Positions 9,060-18,822 of a DNA stretch of 64,000 bases are shown here, one piece after another. Numbering within the stretch: the stretch's first letter is position 1; each line of letters begins with the position of its first letter. Both the position numbers and the translations under genes were made by a program. The DNA is from an uncultured Bdellovibrionales bacterium (lineage in GTDB: Bacteria > Patescibacteriota > Minisyncoccia > Moranbacterales > GWC2-37-73). A model generated the notes under the pieces. The model saw nothing but the letters and a program-made list of their open reading frames with translations, had not been told where the DNA came from and did no database searches. The stretch is from positions 15,541 to 79,540 of the forward strand of contig CAZSTB010000002.1 of NCBI GenBank assembly GCA_964609855.1, given 5' to 3'.

Positions 9060-9671
9060 TTATATATTTAATTCATCTTCTCTGATGCCAGAATTTTTTT
9101 TCAACCAAAGCTTCAAGGCATCAATTGTTTTATTCCACTGCTCAAAATAATCAGTAACTGTAATTTTTTTATCATTAATATAGCCGTAATATTCCGTGAA
9201 CTTCGTATCATTTGACCCCACATTAAACATTTCATCAACCGCTAAATGATTATTTGCAAGCAAGTCTTTTAATTCTGCACCTTTTTTTCCACTTAAGTTA
9301 CAAAACTGAAGAGGAATGAAACTTTCCTTAACGCTAAGTGGCAAATAAATATTATCTAAGACTTTCCAAATTTTTTCCATTTTTTCTAGATATTGTTTTC
9401 CAAATAATAGGTATTTAGTTGCTATTTCGACATGATTAGAATTTCTAATCAATGTAGCATATTCACCTCTTTCGAATGAGATAAATGAGCATTGCTTTTC
9501 ATCACTTAGCGTAAAACGTAAGCTTTTAATATCGATCAATAGCCCAGCAACTACTTCTAATTGCTTCTCCTTTATTGTTTTTTTTATTCCGTATCGATCA
9601 AAAAGTAATAATGCAATGGATAAGGTTAATAGTGTCGAGATGGCAGAAATTGCATTAAGAAATTCTTGCAT
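9060..9671 (-). CDS. Hypothetical protein with N-terminal TM helix
   Basis: 203-aa AT-rich ORF with hydrophobic N-terminus. Confidence 0.65.
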   Translation of the reverse strand: MQEFLNAISAISTLLTLSIALLLFDRYGIKKTIKEKQLEVVAGLLIDIKSLRFTLSDEKQCSFISFERGEYATLIRNSNHVEIATKYLLFGKQYLEKMEKIWKVLDNIYLPLSVKESFIPLQFCNLSGKKGAELKDLLANNHLAVDEMFNVGSNDTKFTEYYGYINDKKITVTDYFEQWNKTIDALKLWLKKNSGIREDELNI

Positions 9672-9751
9672 AAATTATTTTTTATTAATTTTAATTGAAT
9701 TACTATAATAATTACCTTCACACAATTGCAAACTTGAATTTTCTGCATTCC

Positions 9752-9937
9752 TTTTTGCACCAGGAGCGCGTTTCAAAATTGCAGCGAGAGAGCGTTAAAA
9801 ATTTTCTCAGCAAAAACTCCTTGATGACTTTTTTGCGCGAGGAAATTTAGCGAGCAAGCGCAGTAATTTTGCCAGCGCGAACTTCGTGCGAGAGTTTTCT
9901 TTCCTCCAGGTTTCTTTTGCGGAAAAAGAAATGTGGA
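9752..9937. other. GC-rich nested inverted-repeat element (structured RNA or MITE-like)
   Basis: GCAC..GCGCG..CAAAATTGC..AAATTTTCTCAGCAAAAA / TTTTTGCGCGAGGAAATTT..GTAATTTTG..CGCG..GTGC plus a terminal TTTCTTTT GCGG AAAAAGAAA hairpin. Confidence 0.55.
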
Positions 9938-9943
9938 ATAAAG

Positions 9944-10372
9944 CTACTTGCATTTGCTTTCCGTCCTCCCTTGCCCTATCGCCTCTTCGGCGGTTTTGAA
10001 ACAGACCAAATTTTCAGGTTTCACTCTTTTGGCATAAGAACAGGTTGGTAAATAGAATTTATCCGACGTTCGCGAGCCGACATAGGCGCATTGGGAGGAA
10101 TTAGGATTTAGGTTGTTGTTCTTAGTTTGGGATGCTTGGTTTGCTGCCGTCTTGCTTTCTGGCGCGCCAGGGGTTTCACCTTGGCCTATTGACCCCTGCT
10201 GAGGTGTTTCTAGTGCTTTCTCGATTATAAGGGGCTTTTGCTGCCACTTTTGACCTTGTAGAACGCCAAATTCGTAGGAAATAACTGAAACTAGGCAAAA
10301 ACCGATAATAAGCACTATTTTGTACTCATATTTCAGGAAAAAACCTTTGATTTTGCGGAAGAATTTATGCAT
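9944..10372 (-). CDS. Membrane-anchored protein with C-terminal Ada-like metal-binding domain
   Basis: TM helix, linker, CAYVGSRTSDKFYLPTCSYAKRVKPENLVCFKTAEEA. Confidence 0.75.
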   Translation of the reverse strand: MHKFFRKIKGFFLKYEYKIVLIIGFCLVSVISYEFGVLQGQKWQQKPLIIEKALETPQQGSIGQGETPGAPESKTAANQASQTKNNNLNPNSSQCAYVGSRTSDKFYLPTCSYAKRVKPENLVCFKTAEEAIGQGRTESKCK

Positions 10373-10464
10373 AAACCTAGTATATCAAATTCTACAGTTT
10401 TGTCAGTATTTTTTTAAGACTGGATTTCACCCGCTAGAGGATAGGTTTCCGTTAGATTCGTATT

Positions 10465-10490
10465 AGATCCTGAAACGAGTTCAGGATGAC
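10465..10490. repeat. Palindromic repeat arm (GTCAT...ATGAC family)
   Basis: AGATCCTGAAACGAGTTCAGGATGAC is the reverse complement of 2075-2100 with one mismatch. Confidence 0.8.
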
Positions 10491-10520
10491 AAAAATGGAC
10501 TAAGTCGATAAAAGCACGAG

Positions 10521-10548
10521 TTGACATATTTTCCATTTCTGTTAGAAT
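10521..10548 (+). promoter_or_regulatory. Probable rpmA promoter
   Basis: TTGACA-16 nt-TAGAAT with extended -10 TG. Confidence 0.6.
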
Positions 10549-10801
10549 ATTCCTTGTAACCGATGGTTTCCAATAATTCAATTGGATGCACTGCGCAAGT
10601 GTATTTTTGCTTAGCCAAGCGAAAACAATTATTATCAAGAAACTTATTTCCCCCGCAGCACTTTCGAAATCTTTCAGTATTTATGGATACTGAATTTTTT
10701 GCAGAAATTGAATGCGGACAAATATTTTAAAATTAATTTTGTCTCAGTAGTCACTGACCAGTTCATTTTGAATTTCGGTTGTTGAATATTGATTATTGAC
10801 T

Positions 10802-11263
10802 ATGGCACATCGTAAAGCCGGTGGGTCTACCCAACTTGGACGAGATTCGATCTCGAAACGACTTGGTGTTAAGATCTTTGGAAATCAGAAAGTAAAAATT
10901 GGAAACATCATCATCCGACAACGTGGAACAAAATATCACCCAGGAGCAAATGTTAAACGTTGCAACGACGATACTTTGATGGCCTTGGTAGATGGAACTG
11001 TTGTTTTCACTTCTAAGAAAGTCAGGAACTTCACAGGACAATTGGTGACTCGTCGATACGTTGGCGTGACCAAATCTGATACACCTGTTGAAATCAAACC
11101 TAAGAAAACCGGAGCTAAGAAAGCTGGAGCAAAACTTAGAGTTAACCTTAAGACTAACGAAGCTGGCAAGAAAAAAGGAGCTTGGAAAGTTGCAAGAAAA
11201 CCTAATATGCGAAAGACTACTCGAAAGCATTTGGTTGCAAGAGAAGCAAAGAAAGCGAAATAG
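10802..11263 (+). CDS. rpmA: 50S ribosomal protein L27 with long basic C-terminal extension
   Basis: [24 protein letters not shown]...[15 protein letters not shown]...[10 protein letters not shown]. Confidence 0.95.
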   Translation: MAHRKAGGSTQLGRDSISKRLGVKIFGNQKVKIGNIIIRQRGTKYHPGANVKRCNDDTLMALVDGTVVFTSKKVRNFTGQLVTRRYVGVTKSDTPVEIKPKKTGAKKAGAKLRVNLKTNEAGKKKGAWKVARKPNMRKTTRKHLVAREAKKAK

Positions 11264-11305
11264 CTTTTTAGGCATTAGCTTCTTAGCTCATTAGGAATAC
11301 GGTAT

Positions 11306-11338
11306 AAAAAAGAAACCTCGCAAGGGGTTTCTTTTTTT
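11306..11338 (+). terminator. Intrinsic terminator after rpmA
   Basis: AAAAAAGAAACCTC GCAA GGGGTTTCTTTTTTT. Confidence 0.88.
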
Positions 11339-11403
11339 GACTATCTAAAAGCATTGGTTTAATATAGTAGTAGTACATTATTTTTGAAAAAATGGAGGCT
11401 TTC

Positions 11404-11832
11404 ATGGAAAAGATGCTTGTGTTGGCTAGTCTGGTTGCATATGTAGTATCGTTAATGTTTTTCCAATTCATGTACTTCATTACCTGGCTTGAAAAGGAAA
11501 TAAAACATGCTGATAAAACACATCCCTGTGAGTCCTGGAAAGTCCCGGCAACAGCGCTTTCGCTAATACTTAACTTGTTCAGTGGAGCATTTCTGATATT
11601 TTTCGCTTCAATGATTCCCCGGCGAATCATTGGCCTGAATCATTCATGGAGGATTATTGCAATTGTCCTGCTGTGGTTCATTTTGGCTGCCATTATTTCG
11701 TGGGTTGCTATAATTATAATGGATAAGGGCAAAATAAAAGCAAGGGAAAGGTGTCAACTCTATCGTGCCATAATTGCCGAAAACGGCTGCAAGAGCGTTA
11801 CGCTGGCCGAATGGCTAAACATAATCTTTTGA
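11404..11832 (+). CDS. Hypothetical membrane protein (3 TM; orphan unit)
   Basis: GGAGG SD ahead of ATG 11404; TTGACT promoter at 11337; terminator follows. Confidence 0.7.
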   Translation: MEKMLVLASLVAYVVSLMFFQFMYFITWLEKEIKHADKTHPCESWKVPATALSLILNLFSGAFLIFFASMIPRRIIGLNHSWRIIAIVLLWFILAAIISWVAIIIMDKGKIKARERCQLYRAIIAENGCKSVTLAEWLNIIF

Positions 11833-11846
11833 CTTACGTATCAAAT

Positions 11847-11877
11847 AAAACCCCGCCCTGATGAGGACGGGGTTTTT
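11847..11877 (+). terminator. Intrinsic terminator
   Basis: AAAACCCCGCCCT GATG AGGACGGGGTTTTT. Confidence 0.85.
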
Positions 11878-11944
11878 CATGCGAGTGAGGATATTTTTAT
11901 CAGAGTGCTTATTTTAACACAATTGCAAAGCAGGTCATTACCAA

Positions 11945-12008
11945 TTGACTTTGAGGGTAAATTTGTCTAATCTGAGGTTAGCTCTTTAAATCAATTTCCA
12001 TAGGAGGA
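11945..12008 (+). promoter_or_regulatory. Promoter, boxA-like motif and SD of orphan unit
   Basis: TTGACT-17-TAATCT, AGCTCTTTAAAT (cf. rrn boxA TGCTCTTTAACA), AGGAGG. Confidence 0.6.
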
Positions 12009-12013
12009 TAGTC

Positions 12014-12427
12014 ATGAGAGATCTGTCCGTCACGGTGATAATTTTCGTATTCATGACCTATTTTTGCAATGTAATTGCATATCATAATTCGCGTTACAAA
12101 CTGAATTGGGAATATGATAAGACTAAAGCCGACTTAAAACATCTTTTTCTACTTAATACGATTGCCATTGCGGGCGCATTTGGAGTCTCCTCTGCATTTC
12201 TTACGGTCCAGTTATTCCAAGTTTTTTTCCGAACAACAAATTTTTTTCTACTCTTCCCCTTTTTTATCTCACTTTCTTGTTTGATAATGTTCTTTCTTGC
12301 GCAAGCAGTAAGGCAAGGCTCAGCAAGTGGTCTAGTTCTTGGCGAAAAAAGATTCGAAATGCGACTAATTGAGTTTTTTCGAATTAATCATCATCTTATA
12401 CTAAAAAAGGGAGGGGGTCATGGATGA
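12014..12427 (+). CDS. Hypothetical membrane protein (3 TM)
   Basis: AGGAGG SD; hydrophobic segments. Confidence 0.7.
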   Translation: MRDLSVTVIIFVFMTYFCNVIAYHNSRYKLNWEYDKTKADLKHLFLLNTIAIAGAFGVSSAFLTVQLFQVFFRTTNFFLLFPFFISLSCLIMFFLAQAVRQGSASGLVLGEKRFEMRLIEFFRINHHLILKKGGGHG

Positions 12428-12749
12428 GCTGTTCACTGGTTTGATCTATTTTGTTTTCTTCATTGCTGCATGTTTCGGATGTTACGATTCTGCCTATAAT
12501 TATTACCGGAAAGTCAGAAAAAATGAGAAATGCGGTTGGTATTCATTCTCATTCAACGCCGGATTAGTGGTTTTTCAATTGCTAGGCCTGCTATTATCGG
12601 TAAAATTATCGAAGCTTCTGCTGCCAATACTTGGCACAAGGCATGACTTATTATGGACTATGGTAATGATCGCAATGTTCTTCGTGGCAAGCTCTTTGCT
12701 CTTGATTTTCTTTATCCGCAAAGGAAAAAGGAAGGCATTTGAGAATTAG
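12420..12749 (+). CDS. Hypothetical membrane protein (3 TM)
   Basis: Overlaps the upstream stop; GGGAGG SD; hydrophobic segments. Confidence 0.7.
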   Translation: MDELFTGLIYFVFFIAACFGCYDSAYNYYRKVRKNEKCGWYSFSFNAGLVVFQLLGLLLSVKLSKLLLPILGTRHDLLWTMVMIAMFFVASSLLLIFFIRKGKRKAFEN

Positions 12750-12768
12750 CCAGATTTTTTCAGTAATC

Positions 12769-12810
12769 AAAAACAACGCCCCATTCCAACGAATGAGGCG
12801 TTTTTGTTTT
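12769..12810. terminator. Intrinsic terminator between convergent genes
   Basis: AACGCCCCATTC CAAC GAATGAGGCGTTTTT. Confidence 0.8.
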
Positions 12811-12853
12811 ATGCAATTAAATAGCTGTGCTATTTTAAAGCTTTTTCGTTAAT

Positions 12854-14497
12854 TTACTTTTTCTCGCTTCTTTCTTTTGAAGCTTTTACGAATTCATAAA
12901 ACAAGGGATGAGATTTGAGCGGAGATGATTTGAATTCAGGATGGAACTGCGCTCCAAGGAAGAATGGATGCTCTGATTTAGGAAGTTCTGCGATTTCCAT
13001 CAGAATTCCATTTGGAGATTTTCCTGAAAACACTAAACCTGCTTTTGAAATACGCTCTACATATTTCGGATTCACTTCGTAGCGATGCCTGTGACGCTCT
13101 GAAATCTTGCTTTTTCCATATGCTTTTCCGGCAATAGTTCCCTTTTCCAAAACTGCATCATATGCGCCAAGTCTCATGCTTCCGCCATAATTTTTTTGTT
13201 CCAAATGCTTTTTCTGCTCCGGCATAATGTCTACGATCGGATGTTTAGTATCCGCATTGATTTCGGTTGTATGAGCCTCCTGAAGACCCAAGACGTTGCG
13301 AGCATATTCAATGACTTGAAGCTGCATACCATAGCAGATTCCAAAATAAGGAATTTTATTTTCTCGACAGAATTGGATGGCTTTAATCTTCCCCTCGATT
13401 CCGCGTCCACCAAATCCTCCGGGTACCAAAATTCCATCATATTCGCCAAGCGTTTCTATTTTTTCAGGCTCTTTCTCGAAGACCTCACTGTTGATCCAAT
13501 CCATTTCAACTTTCGTGCCTATCTTGTAGCTTGCATGCTTGATAGCTTCGATGACGCTTATGTATGCATCTGATAAAACAAAGTCACCTGTCCCGAAATA
13601 TTTTCCCACGATACCTATTTTCACTTCGCCCTTGAGATTTTTTACTCGATGAATAAGATCTTCCCATTCTTTGAGGTCAGATTTTTTCGGCTTCAGTCTG
13701 AGTTTCTTGAGAATGATTTTACTTAGATTATCGCGTTCAAAGTTTGTAATAACTTCATAAACACTTTTGGCATCGGGTGCGCTGATCACACATTCCTCGG
13801 CAACTGAACAGAAGTTTGAAATTTTCTCCTTGCGCTTGGCATCCATCGGCATTTCTGATCGAGCCACAATGATGTCAGGTTGCACCCCGGCAGCATTAAC
13901 CGTTCTCACAGCATGCTGAGTCGGCTTTGTTTTCATTTCTCCAACCATGTTAGGGCATGGAACATAACTCACCATCACTGAAAGCACGTCGTCAGGATTT
14001 TTTATTTTCATCATGCGAATTGCTTCCATGAAAAGAATGTTTTCGTATTCTCCAACAGTTCCGCCAATTTCAATAATACTGATTTCCGATTTCGCCTTAT
14101 TTGAGGCATGCACTATACGGTCTATCACTTCCAGGGGAATATGCGGAACAACCTGAACGCATTTTCCAGCGTATTCTAAGTTTCGTTCGCGATGAATCAC
14201 GGATTCATAAACACGTCCGGTTGTCATGTAGTTGTCGCGTGAAAGCGTAATATCCATGAAACGTTCATAGTTTCCCATATCTTGATCTGTTTCATCTCCA
14301 TCATCCAGCACGAAAACCTCCCCATGTTCAGTTGGATTCATTGTTCCAGCATCAACGTTTACATATGGATCTATCTTAAGCGCCGTCACGTTATATCCTC
14401 GAGCTTTTAGAATAGCTCCGATTGAAGATGTTGTGATTCCTTTTCCAACACCGCTCATCACTCCGCCCATCACAAAAATGTATTTCCTATTTTCCAT
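12854..14497 (-). CDS. pyrG: CTP synthase
   Basis: GGVMSGVGKG, KIDPYVNVDAGTMNPTEHGEV, GICYGMQ, QFHPEF. Confidence 0.98.
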   Translation of the reverse strand: MENRKYIFVMGGVMSGVGKGITTSSIGAILKARGYNVTALKIDPYVNVDAGTMNPTEHGEVFVLDDGDETDQDMGNYERFMDITLSRDNYMTTGRVYESVIHRERNLEYAGKCVQVVPHIPLEVIDRIVHASNKAKSEISIIEIGGTVGEYENILFMEAIRMMKIKNPDDVLSVMVSYVPCPNMVGEMKTKPTQHAVRTVNAAGVQPDIIVARSEMPMDAKRKEKISNFCSVAEECVISAPDAKSVYEVITNFERDNLSKIILKKLRLKPKKSDLKEWEDLIHRVKNLKGEVKIGIVGKYFGTGDFVLSDAYISVIEAIKHASYKIGTKVEMDWINSEVFEKEPEKIETLGEYDGILVPGGFGGRGIEGKIKAIQFCRENKIPYFGICYGMQLQVIEYARNVLGLQEAHTTEINADTKHPIVDIMPEQKKHLEQKNYGGSMRLGAYDAVLEKGTIAGKAYGKSKISERHRHRYEVNPKYVERISKAGLVFSGKSPNGILMEIAELPKSEHPFFLGAQFHPEFKSSPLKSHPLFYEFVKASKERSEKK

Positions 14498-14685
14498 ATA
14501 CGTTCATTCAATCCTTTAATCATAAAGCAGCTAAACACTAAGGTTTTTACTCTAATGATCGCATGATTGTATGTTAAATGCTTATATATTTAAATGTGTT
14601 TTTATAACAAAAAGTCGCTAAATGCGACCCCTTATTTGCTATTTCAAAAGATACCAATAATATTATTTTCAGTATACACTCTTTT

Positions 14686-15123
14686 TTATGCTTGTTCAAT
14701 AACCACCGTAATTGAAGCGCTAATTCCAAATTCAAAATTTATTTTAACTTTTCTTTCACCTAATTCTCTGATGTGGTCCGGCGCAAGGGCTTTTTCTGGA
14801 ATAGCGAGACCAAGCTTTCTGATTTCCAAGGAAATATCCTTCGGAGTAATTGAGCCGAATAGTTTCTTATCTTTTGCCCTAGCTTTAATAACAATGCGTT
14901 TTCCATCCACTGCAGTCGCTAATTTTTGAATTTCTTGCTTTTCAAGTGCTATTTGCATCTTCTTTTTGTCCTGATCTTGTTTCACCTTAGCCATCTCGGC
15001 GGGTGTTGCGAGCGTTGCTAATTTGCGCGCCAAAAGAAAATTACGCGCATATCCGTCTGGAACATCCTTTATTTGTCCTCGTTTGGCGACATTTTTCACG
15101 TCTTGCAAAAATATTACTTGCAT
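14686..15123 (-). CDS. rplI: 50S ribosomal protein L9
   Basis: MQVIFLQDV...[17 protein letters not shown]. Confidence 0.96.
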   Translation of the reverse strand: MQVIFLQDVKNVAKRGQIKDVPDGYARNFLLARKLATLATPAEMAKVKQDQDKKKMQIALEKQEIQKLATAVDGKRIVIKARAKDKKLFGSITPKDISLEIRKLGLAIPEKALAPDHIRELGERKVKINFEFGISASITVVIEQA

Positions 15124-15213
15124 ATCCTTATTGTGTTTATGTTAAATTATTTTTGGCCCAATCTGCCACTTCATCCAATATTAGACCCATTATAACTCGT
15201 CTTTTGAAGAAAA

Positions 15214-15906
15214 TCAAATAACGCACTTAATCTGTTTTTTTTGACGCAAAAACATATACAAAAATAATGCTTGCGAGGCTAAAGTTTTCATCATTTCCAC
15301 ATCTTCAATGTTGTGGCTTGGAGATTTTTTCTTAATTATAATACATGAAAAAATACCATCAATTGCTTTTGGAGAATTAGTCACGATATATTCATCATTT
15401 TGAAAGAAATTTCTTCCACCCATAAACTCCTTGATGGAGAAATTCATAGGAACATCAGGCAGGCTTTTGATTTCTTTTACTATTTCAAGATTCGGAAGAC
15501 CAATGAAGCGCAGGGTGAACTCGTCGCTTTTCCCAAAAAGCTCGATTGCTCCCATTATGGTATCGTAGATTTCATTTTGCTCTTTCAATGAAAGTTGTGA
15601 ACTTTCCGGATAACCAAGCGCAATATTTTCCAAAATATCCAGCTTGCGGTTAATCTCGCCAATATAGGAATAAGAATGCGTTAAATCTTTCGTCATCTGG
15701 TTTACTTGTCTTTGGATTTTTCCTCTTTCTTTGATATTTCTCTTTAATCGTTTTTCTTGAATCAAAAACAGGATGAACCCCAAAGAACCGAGGATCAAAA
15801 TTACAAATTCCTGCACCTGCACCAAGCTAAATGTCGCTGTTCCGCTGCGAACAAATGATGGTATAAAAACTATAAACGTAAAGATGATAAGATAAATCCA
15901 GTACAC
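15214..15906 (-). CDS. Hypothetical protein: 2 TM, coiled coil, small alpha/beta domain
   Basis: 230-aa ORF with hydrophobic N-terminus and QVNQMTKDLTHSYSYIGEINRKL helix. Confidence 0.7.
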   Translation of the reverse strand: MYWIYLIIFTFIVFIPSFVRSGTATFSLVQVQEFVILILGSLGFILFLIQEKRLKRNIKERGKIQRQVNQMTKDLTHSYSYIGEINRKLDILENIALGYPESSQLSLKEQNEIYDTIMGAIELFGKSDEFTLRFIGLPNLEIVKEIKSLPDVPMNFSIKEFMGGRNFFQNDEYIVTNSPKAIDGIFSCIIIKKKSPSHNIEDVEMMKTLASQALFLYMFLRQKKQIKCVI

Positions 15907-16070
15907 GTATATTTTAGCTTAGGTAAATTATAAATGTCGCTTAAATCGTATTTTTAATCAATCTAAAATGTCTTGCGCGTTCCGTTTATTGGTTGGTTAT
16001 TGTTGCATATAAAACCAACAATGTCAATCTTATTCAATTAAAAACCCGCTCAGTAAGCGGGCATCTAAAT

Positions 16071-16943
16071 TTAGATATTTTTGCAGTCTTTCAGATATTC
16101 GCGAAGCTTTTCTCCAATCTCTGGATGCTTAAGTCCCATGTGAATTGTCGCCTTAACAAAATTGAATTTGTCACCAGTATCAAGCCATTCGCCATCCAAA
16201 ACTCTTCCGTGCATCGGTTTTTTATTGTTGAGCATAATTTCAAATGCATCCGCAAGACGAATTTCTCCGGATTTTCCTTCCGACATCGTTTCCAGAACCT
16301 CAAACACTTCCGGTGTAATGATGTATTTACCTACTGCGACCAAGTTTGATGGAGCATCTTCCTGTTTTGGTTTTTCTACCATGCCCTTGATCTCATAAGT
16401 ATTCTCATCCAATTTTTCGCCGTCTATCACCCCGAAAGCGCTGACCTGATTCATCGGAACCTCGCTAAGCCCGATAACTGGGTCACCATATTTTTCAAAA
16501 GTATCCATGAGTTGTTTTGAGGCGGGAATTTTACTGTCATAAAGACAATCTCCAAAAATTACCAAAGCCGGTTCCCCATTCAATAGATGTGCGGCTTGCA
16601 AAAGTGCATGCCCATCACCAAGTGGTTTCGGTTGTCGCACATAAGAAAATTTAGCCAAGCCGGAAATTTTTTGAACTGTTTCAAGCAGATCATGCTTATG
16701 CTTTTCCACTAAGGTATCTTCAAGTTCATATGAAATATCGAAATGGTCTTCGATAGCTCTTTTTCCGCGACCAGTCACGAATATGATTTCTTCAATTCCG
16801 GAAGCCACAGCTTCTTCTACCAAGTATTGAATCACTGGCTTATCAACAATCGGAAGCATTTCTTTAGGTTGCGCTTTAGTAGCTGGTAAAAATCTTGTTC
16901 CAAAACCTGCTACTGGTAATATTGCTTTTCTAATTTTTTGCAT
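16071..16943 (-). CDS. galU: UTP-glucose-1-phosphate uridylyltransferase
   Basis: KAILPVAGFGTRFLPATKAQPKEMLPIVDKP, VEKP. Confidence 0.95.
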   Translation of the reverse strand: MQKIRKAILPVAGFGTRFLPATKAQPKEMLPIVDKPVIQYLVEEAVASGIEEIIFVTGRGKRAIEDHFDISYELEDTLVEKHKHDLLETVQKISGLAKFSYVRQPKPLGDGHALLQAAHLLNGEPALVIFGDCLYDSKIPASKQLMDTFEKYGDPVIGLSEVPMNQVSAFGVIDGEKLDENTYEIKGMVEKPKQEDAPSNLVAVGKYIITPEVFEVLETMSEGKSGEIRLADAFEIMLNNKKPMHGRVLDGEWLDTGDKFNFVKATIHMGLKHPEIGEKLREYLKDCKNI

Positions 16944-16961
16944 AAAAAATATTTATTTATA

Positions 16962-17606
16962 TTATAATTCTCCTTGCCACTCCTTTGAAAACCTATTAAT
17001 AAATTCTTCCATGTACCGATGCCTTTCAGCGGCCATTTCCTTCGCTGATTGCGTATTCATATCATCCTTGAGTTTTAATAATTTCTCATGGAAATGATGG
17101 ATTGTTGAATTATCAGTAACGGCATCGTCATAAAATCCATTTACATCCACGTTTTGAATCCATAGAGGAATACCATTAGAACCTCCGAAATTAAAAGTTC
17201 TAGCTATGCCAATTGCTCCCATAGCATCGATATTGTCAGCATCCTGCACTATTTGGATTTCAATCGCTTGCTTTTGCTTGCCTTCCCTTGTGAAACTACG
17301 GTCTTCATGCAACTCAATGCAGCGCAATACAAGTTCAATTTTAGTTGCTGGGAATTTTACCCCCTCAAGAATTTTCCTGGCTGCTGTAAGTGTTTCTTTG
17401 GGATAACAGTATTCACCATTTTCTTTCTTCATTACTCTATGTAAATCGTGTAGTAGAACTGCAGCTTCGATAATCTCCATATCACCACCTTCTCTCAATT
17501 GCAACTTATTTGCAATATTTCTTGTTCTATCCGCATGGTCAAAACCATGATTTGCCTTGTCTTCAGAAAATATTTGTCTAACTTTTTTTTCCAATTCAGC
17601 ATTCAT
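16962..17606 (-). CDS. HD-domain phosphohydrolase
   Basis: HGFDH, LLHD, VQDADNIDAMGAIGIARTF, HFHEKLLKL. Confidence 0.9.
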   Translation of the reverse strand: MNAELEKKVRQIFSEDKANHGFDHADRTRNIANKLQLREGGDMEIIEAAVLLHDLHRVMKKENGEYCYPKETLTAARKILEGVKFPATKIELVLRCIELHEDRSFTREGKQKQAIEIQIVQDADNIDAMGAIGIARTFNFGGSNGIPLWIQNVDVNGFYDDAVTDNSTIHHFHEKLLKLKDDMNTQSAKEMAAERHRYMEEFINRFSKEWQGEL

Positions 17607-17607
17607 A

Positions 17608-18441
17608 TTATTGCAATCTTTTTTTACTTCTAATTTTCAGTTCCTCATTGAACTCAATGATTGCCTGATCCAAAATTGGATGAAAATCACGGCTGATGCC
17701 TTTTTCTTTCACAATAATACTTGCCTCCAAAAGCGAGTCTGGCGTTCCAGCATCAAGCCATTCACCTTCGAATAAAGTTACTTCCAATTCTTTCTTTTCC
17801 AAATAGGCTCTGTTCACATCAGTAATTTCAATTTCTCCGCGGTCAGAAGGCTTCATGTTTTTCGCAATTTCCACACACTTATTGTCATAAAGATAGAGCC
17901 CTGTCACTGCGTAGTCACTTATCCATTCGGTAGGTTTTTCAATGATCTCAATCGCAATATTATTTTCATCAAATTTTACTACCCCGAATCTTTCGGGATC
18001 AGAAACTTTTTTGGCAAAAACATGCCCGCCACTTCGGAATTCTTTTATTTGCTTGGCAAAATCATCTTCAAAAATATTATCTCCCAAAATCAAAGCGACG
18101 TTATCATCGCCGATATGGTTCTCACCGAGCGTTAAAGCTTCTGCTAAACCCCTAGGGACAGATTGCACCTCAAATGTGACATGGATGCCATGCTTTTTAA
18201 GTAAAGAACCCAAGAGATTCAAGAATTGACCGGAATGTTCAGGAGCAACAATCATCAAAATATCTTTTACACCTGCCTTAATCAAAGTATTCAAAGGATA
18301 AAAAATCATCTGACGATCATAAACAGGCAGAAGTTGCTTAGAGGTTGTCGCCGTCATTGGAAACAATCTAGTTGCAGTACCTCCAGCTAATACAATTCCT
18401 TTCATTTTACGTTTACGAGGTTTACACGTTTGGTCAGTCAT
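17608..18441 (-). CDS. rmlA: Glucose-1-phosphate thymidylyltransferase
   Basis: KGIVLAGGTATRLFP, SKQLLPVYD, LGDNIF, PSDRGEIEITD. Confidence 0.92.
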   Translation of the reverse strand: MTDQTCKPRKRKMKGIVLAGGTATRLFPMTATTSKQLLPVYDRQMIFYPLNTLIKAGVKDILMIVAPEHSGQFLNLLGSLLKKHGIHVTFEVQSVPRGLAEALTLGENHIGDDNVALILGDNIFEDDFAKQIKEFRSGGHVFAKKVSDPERFGVVKFDENNIAIEIIEKPTEWISDYAVTGLYLYDNKCVEIAKNMKPSDRGEIEITDVNRAYLEKKELEVTLFEGEWLDAGTPDSLLEASIIVKEKGISRDFHPILDQAIIEFNEELKIRSKKRLQ

Positions 18442-18449
18442 AATATTTT

Positions 18450-18698
18450 TTATTGCAAATTTATGCGGGTTAACAAATCATCTATCGATACAAATCTTAA
18501 AGCAGTATTGATTATGATAAAAACAAGTGTACCAATTAATATATCAACTGTATAGTGAGTCACTGGAAAAGCTTCTTCAACAGCAGAAACGAAAACACCG
18601 GCCGTTAGCAATGCGAAAAATATTCTTAATTTTCCAGGCTTCCAATCGAGTATTTTTCGAGTTCTTACCAGTATCTGAAATAAAACTTTTTTCATAAA
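18450..18698 (-). CDS. Small hypothetical membrane protein (2 TM); start uncertain
   Basis: ORF co-oriented between glyA and rmlA. Confidence 0.5.
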   Translation of the reverse strand, partial: FMKKVLFQILVRTRKILDWKPGKLRIFFALLTAGVFVSAVEEAFPVTHYTVDILIGTLVFIIINTALRFVSIDDLLTRINLQ

Positions 18699-18822
18699 CA
18701 TAATCGTCGCAAAGCGACTCAATAATTTAAAATTTTAAATTTGAAATTTCAAATTCCTTGCTGAATCTCATGCTTTATCTTTTATCACTCACTTATTGTG
18801 ATAAATATTGAGATTTGATTAA

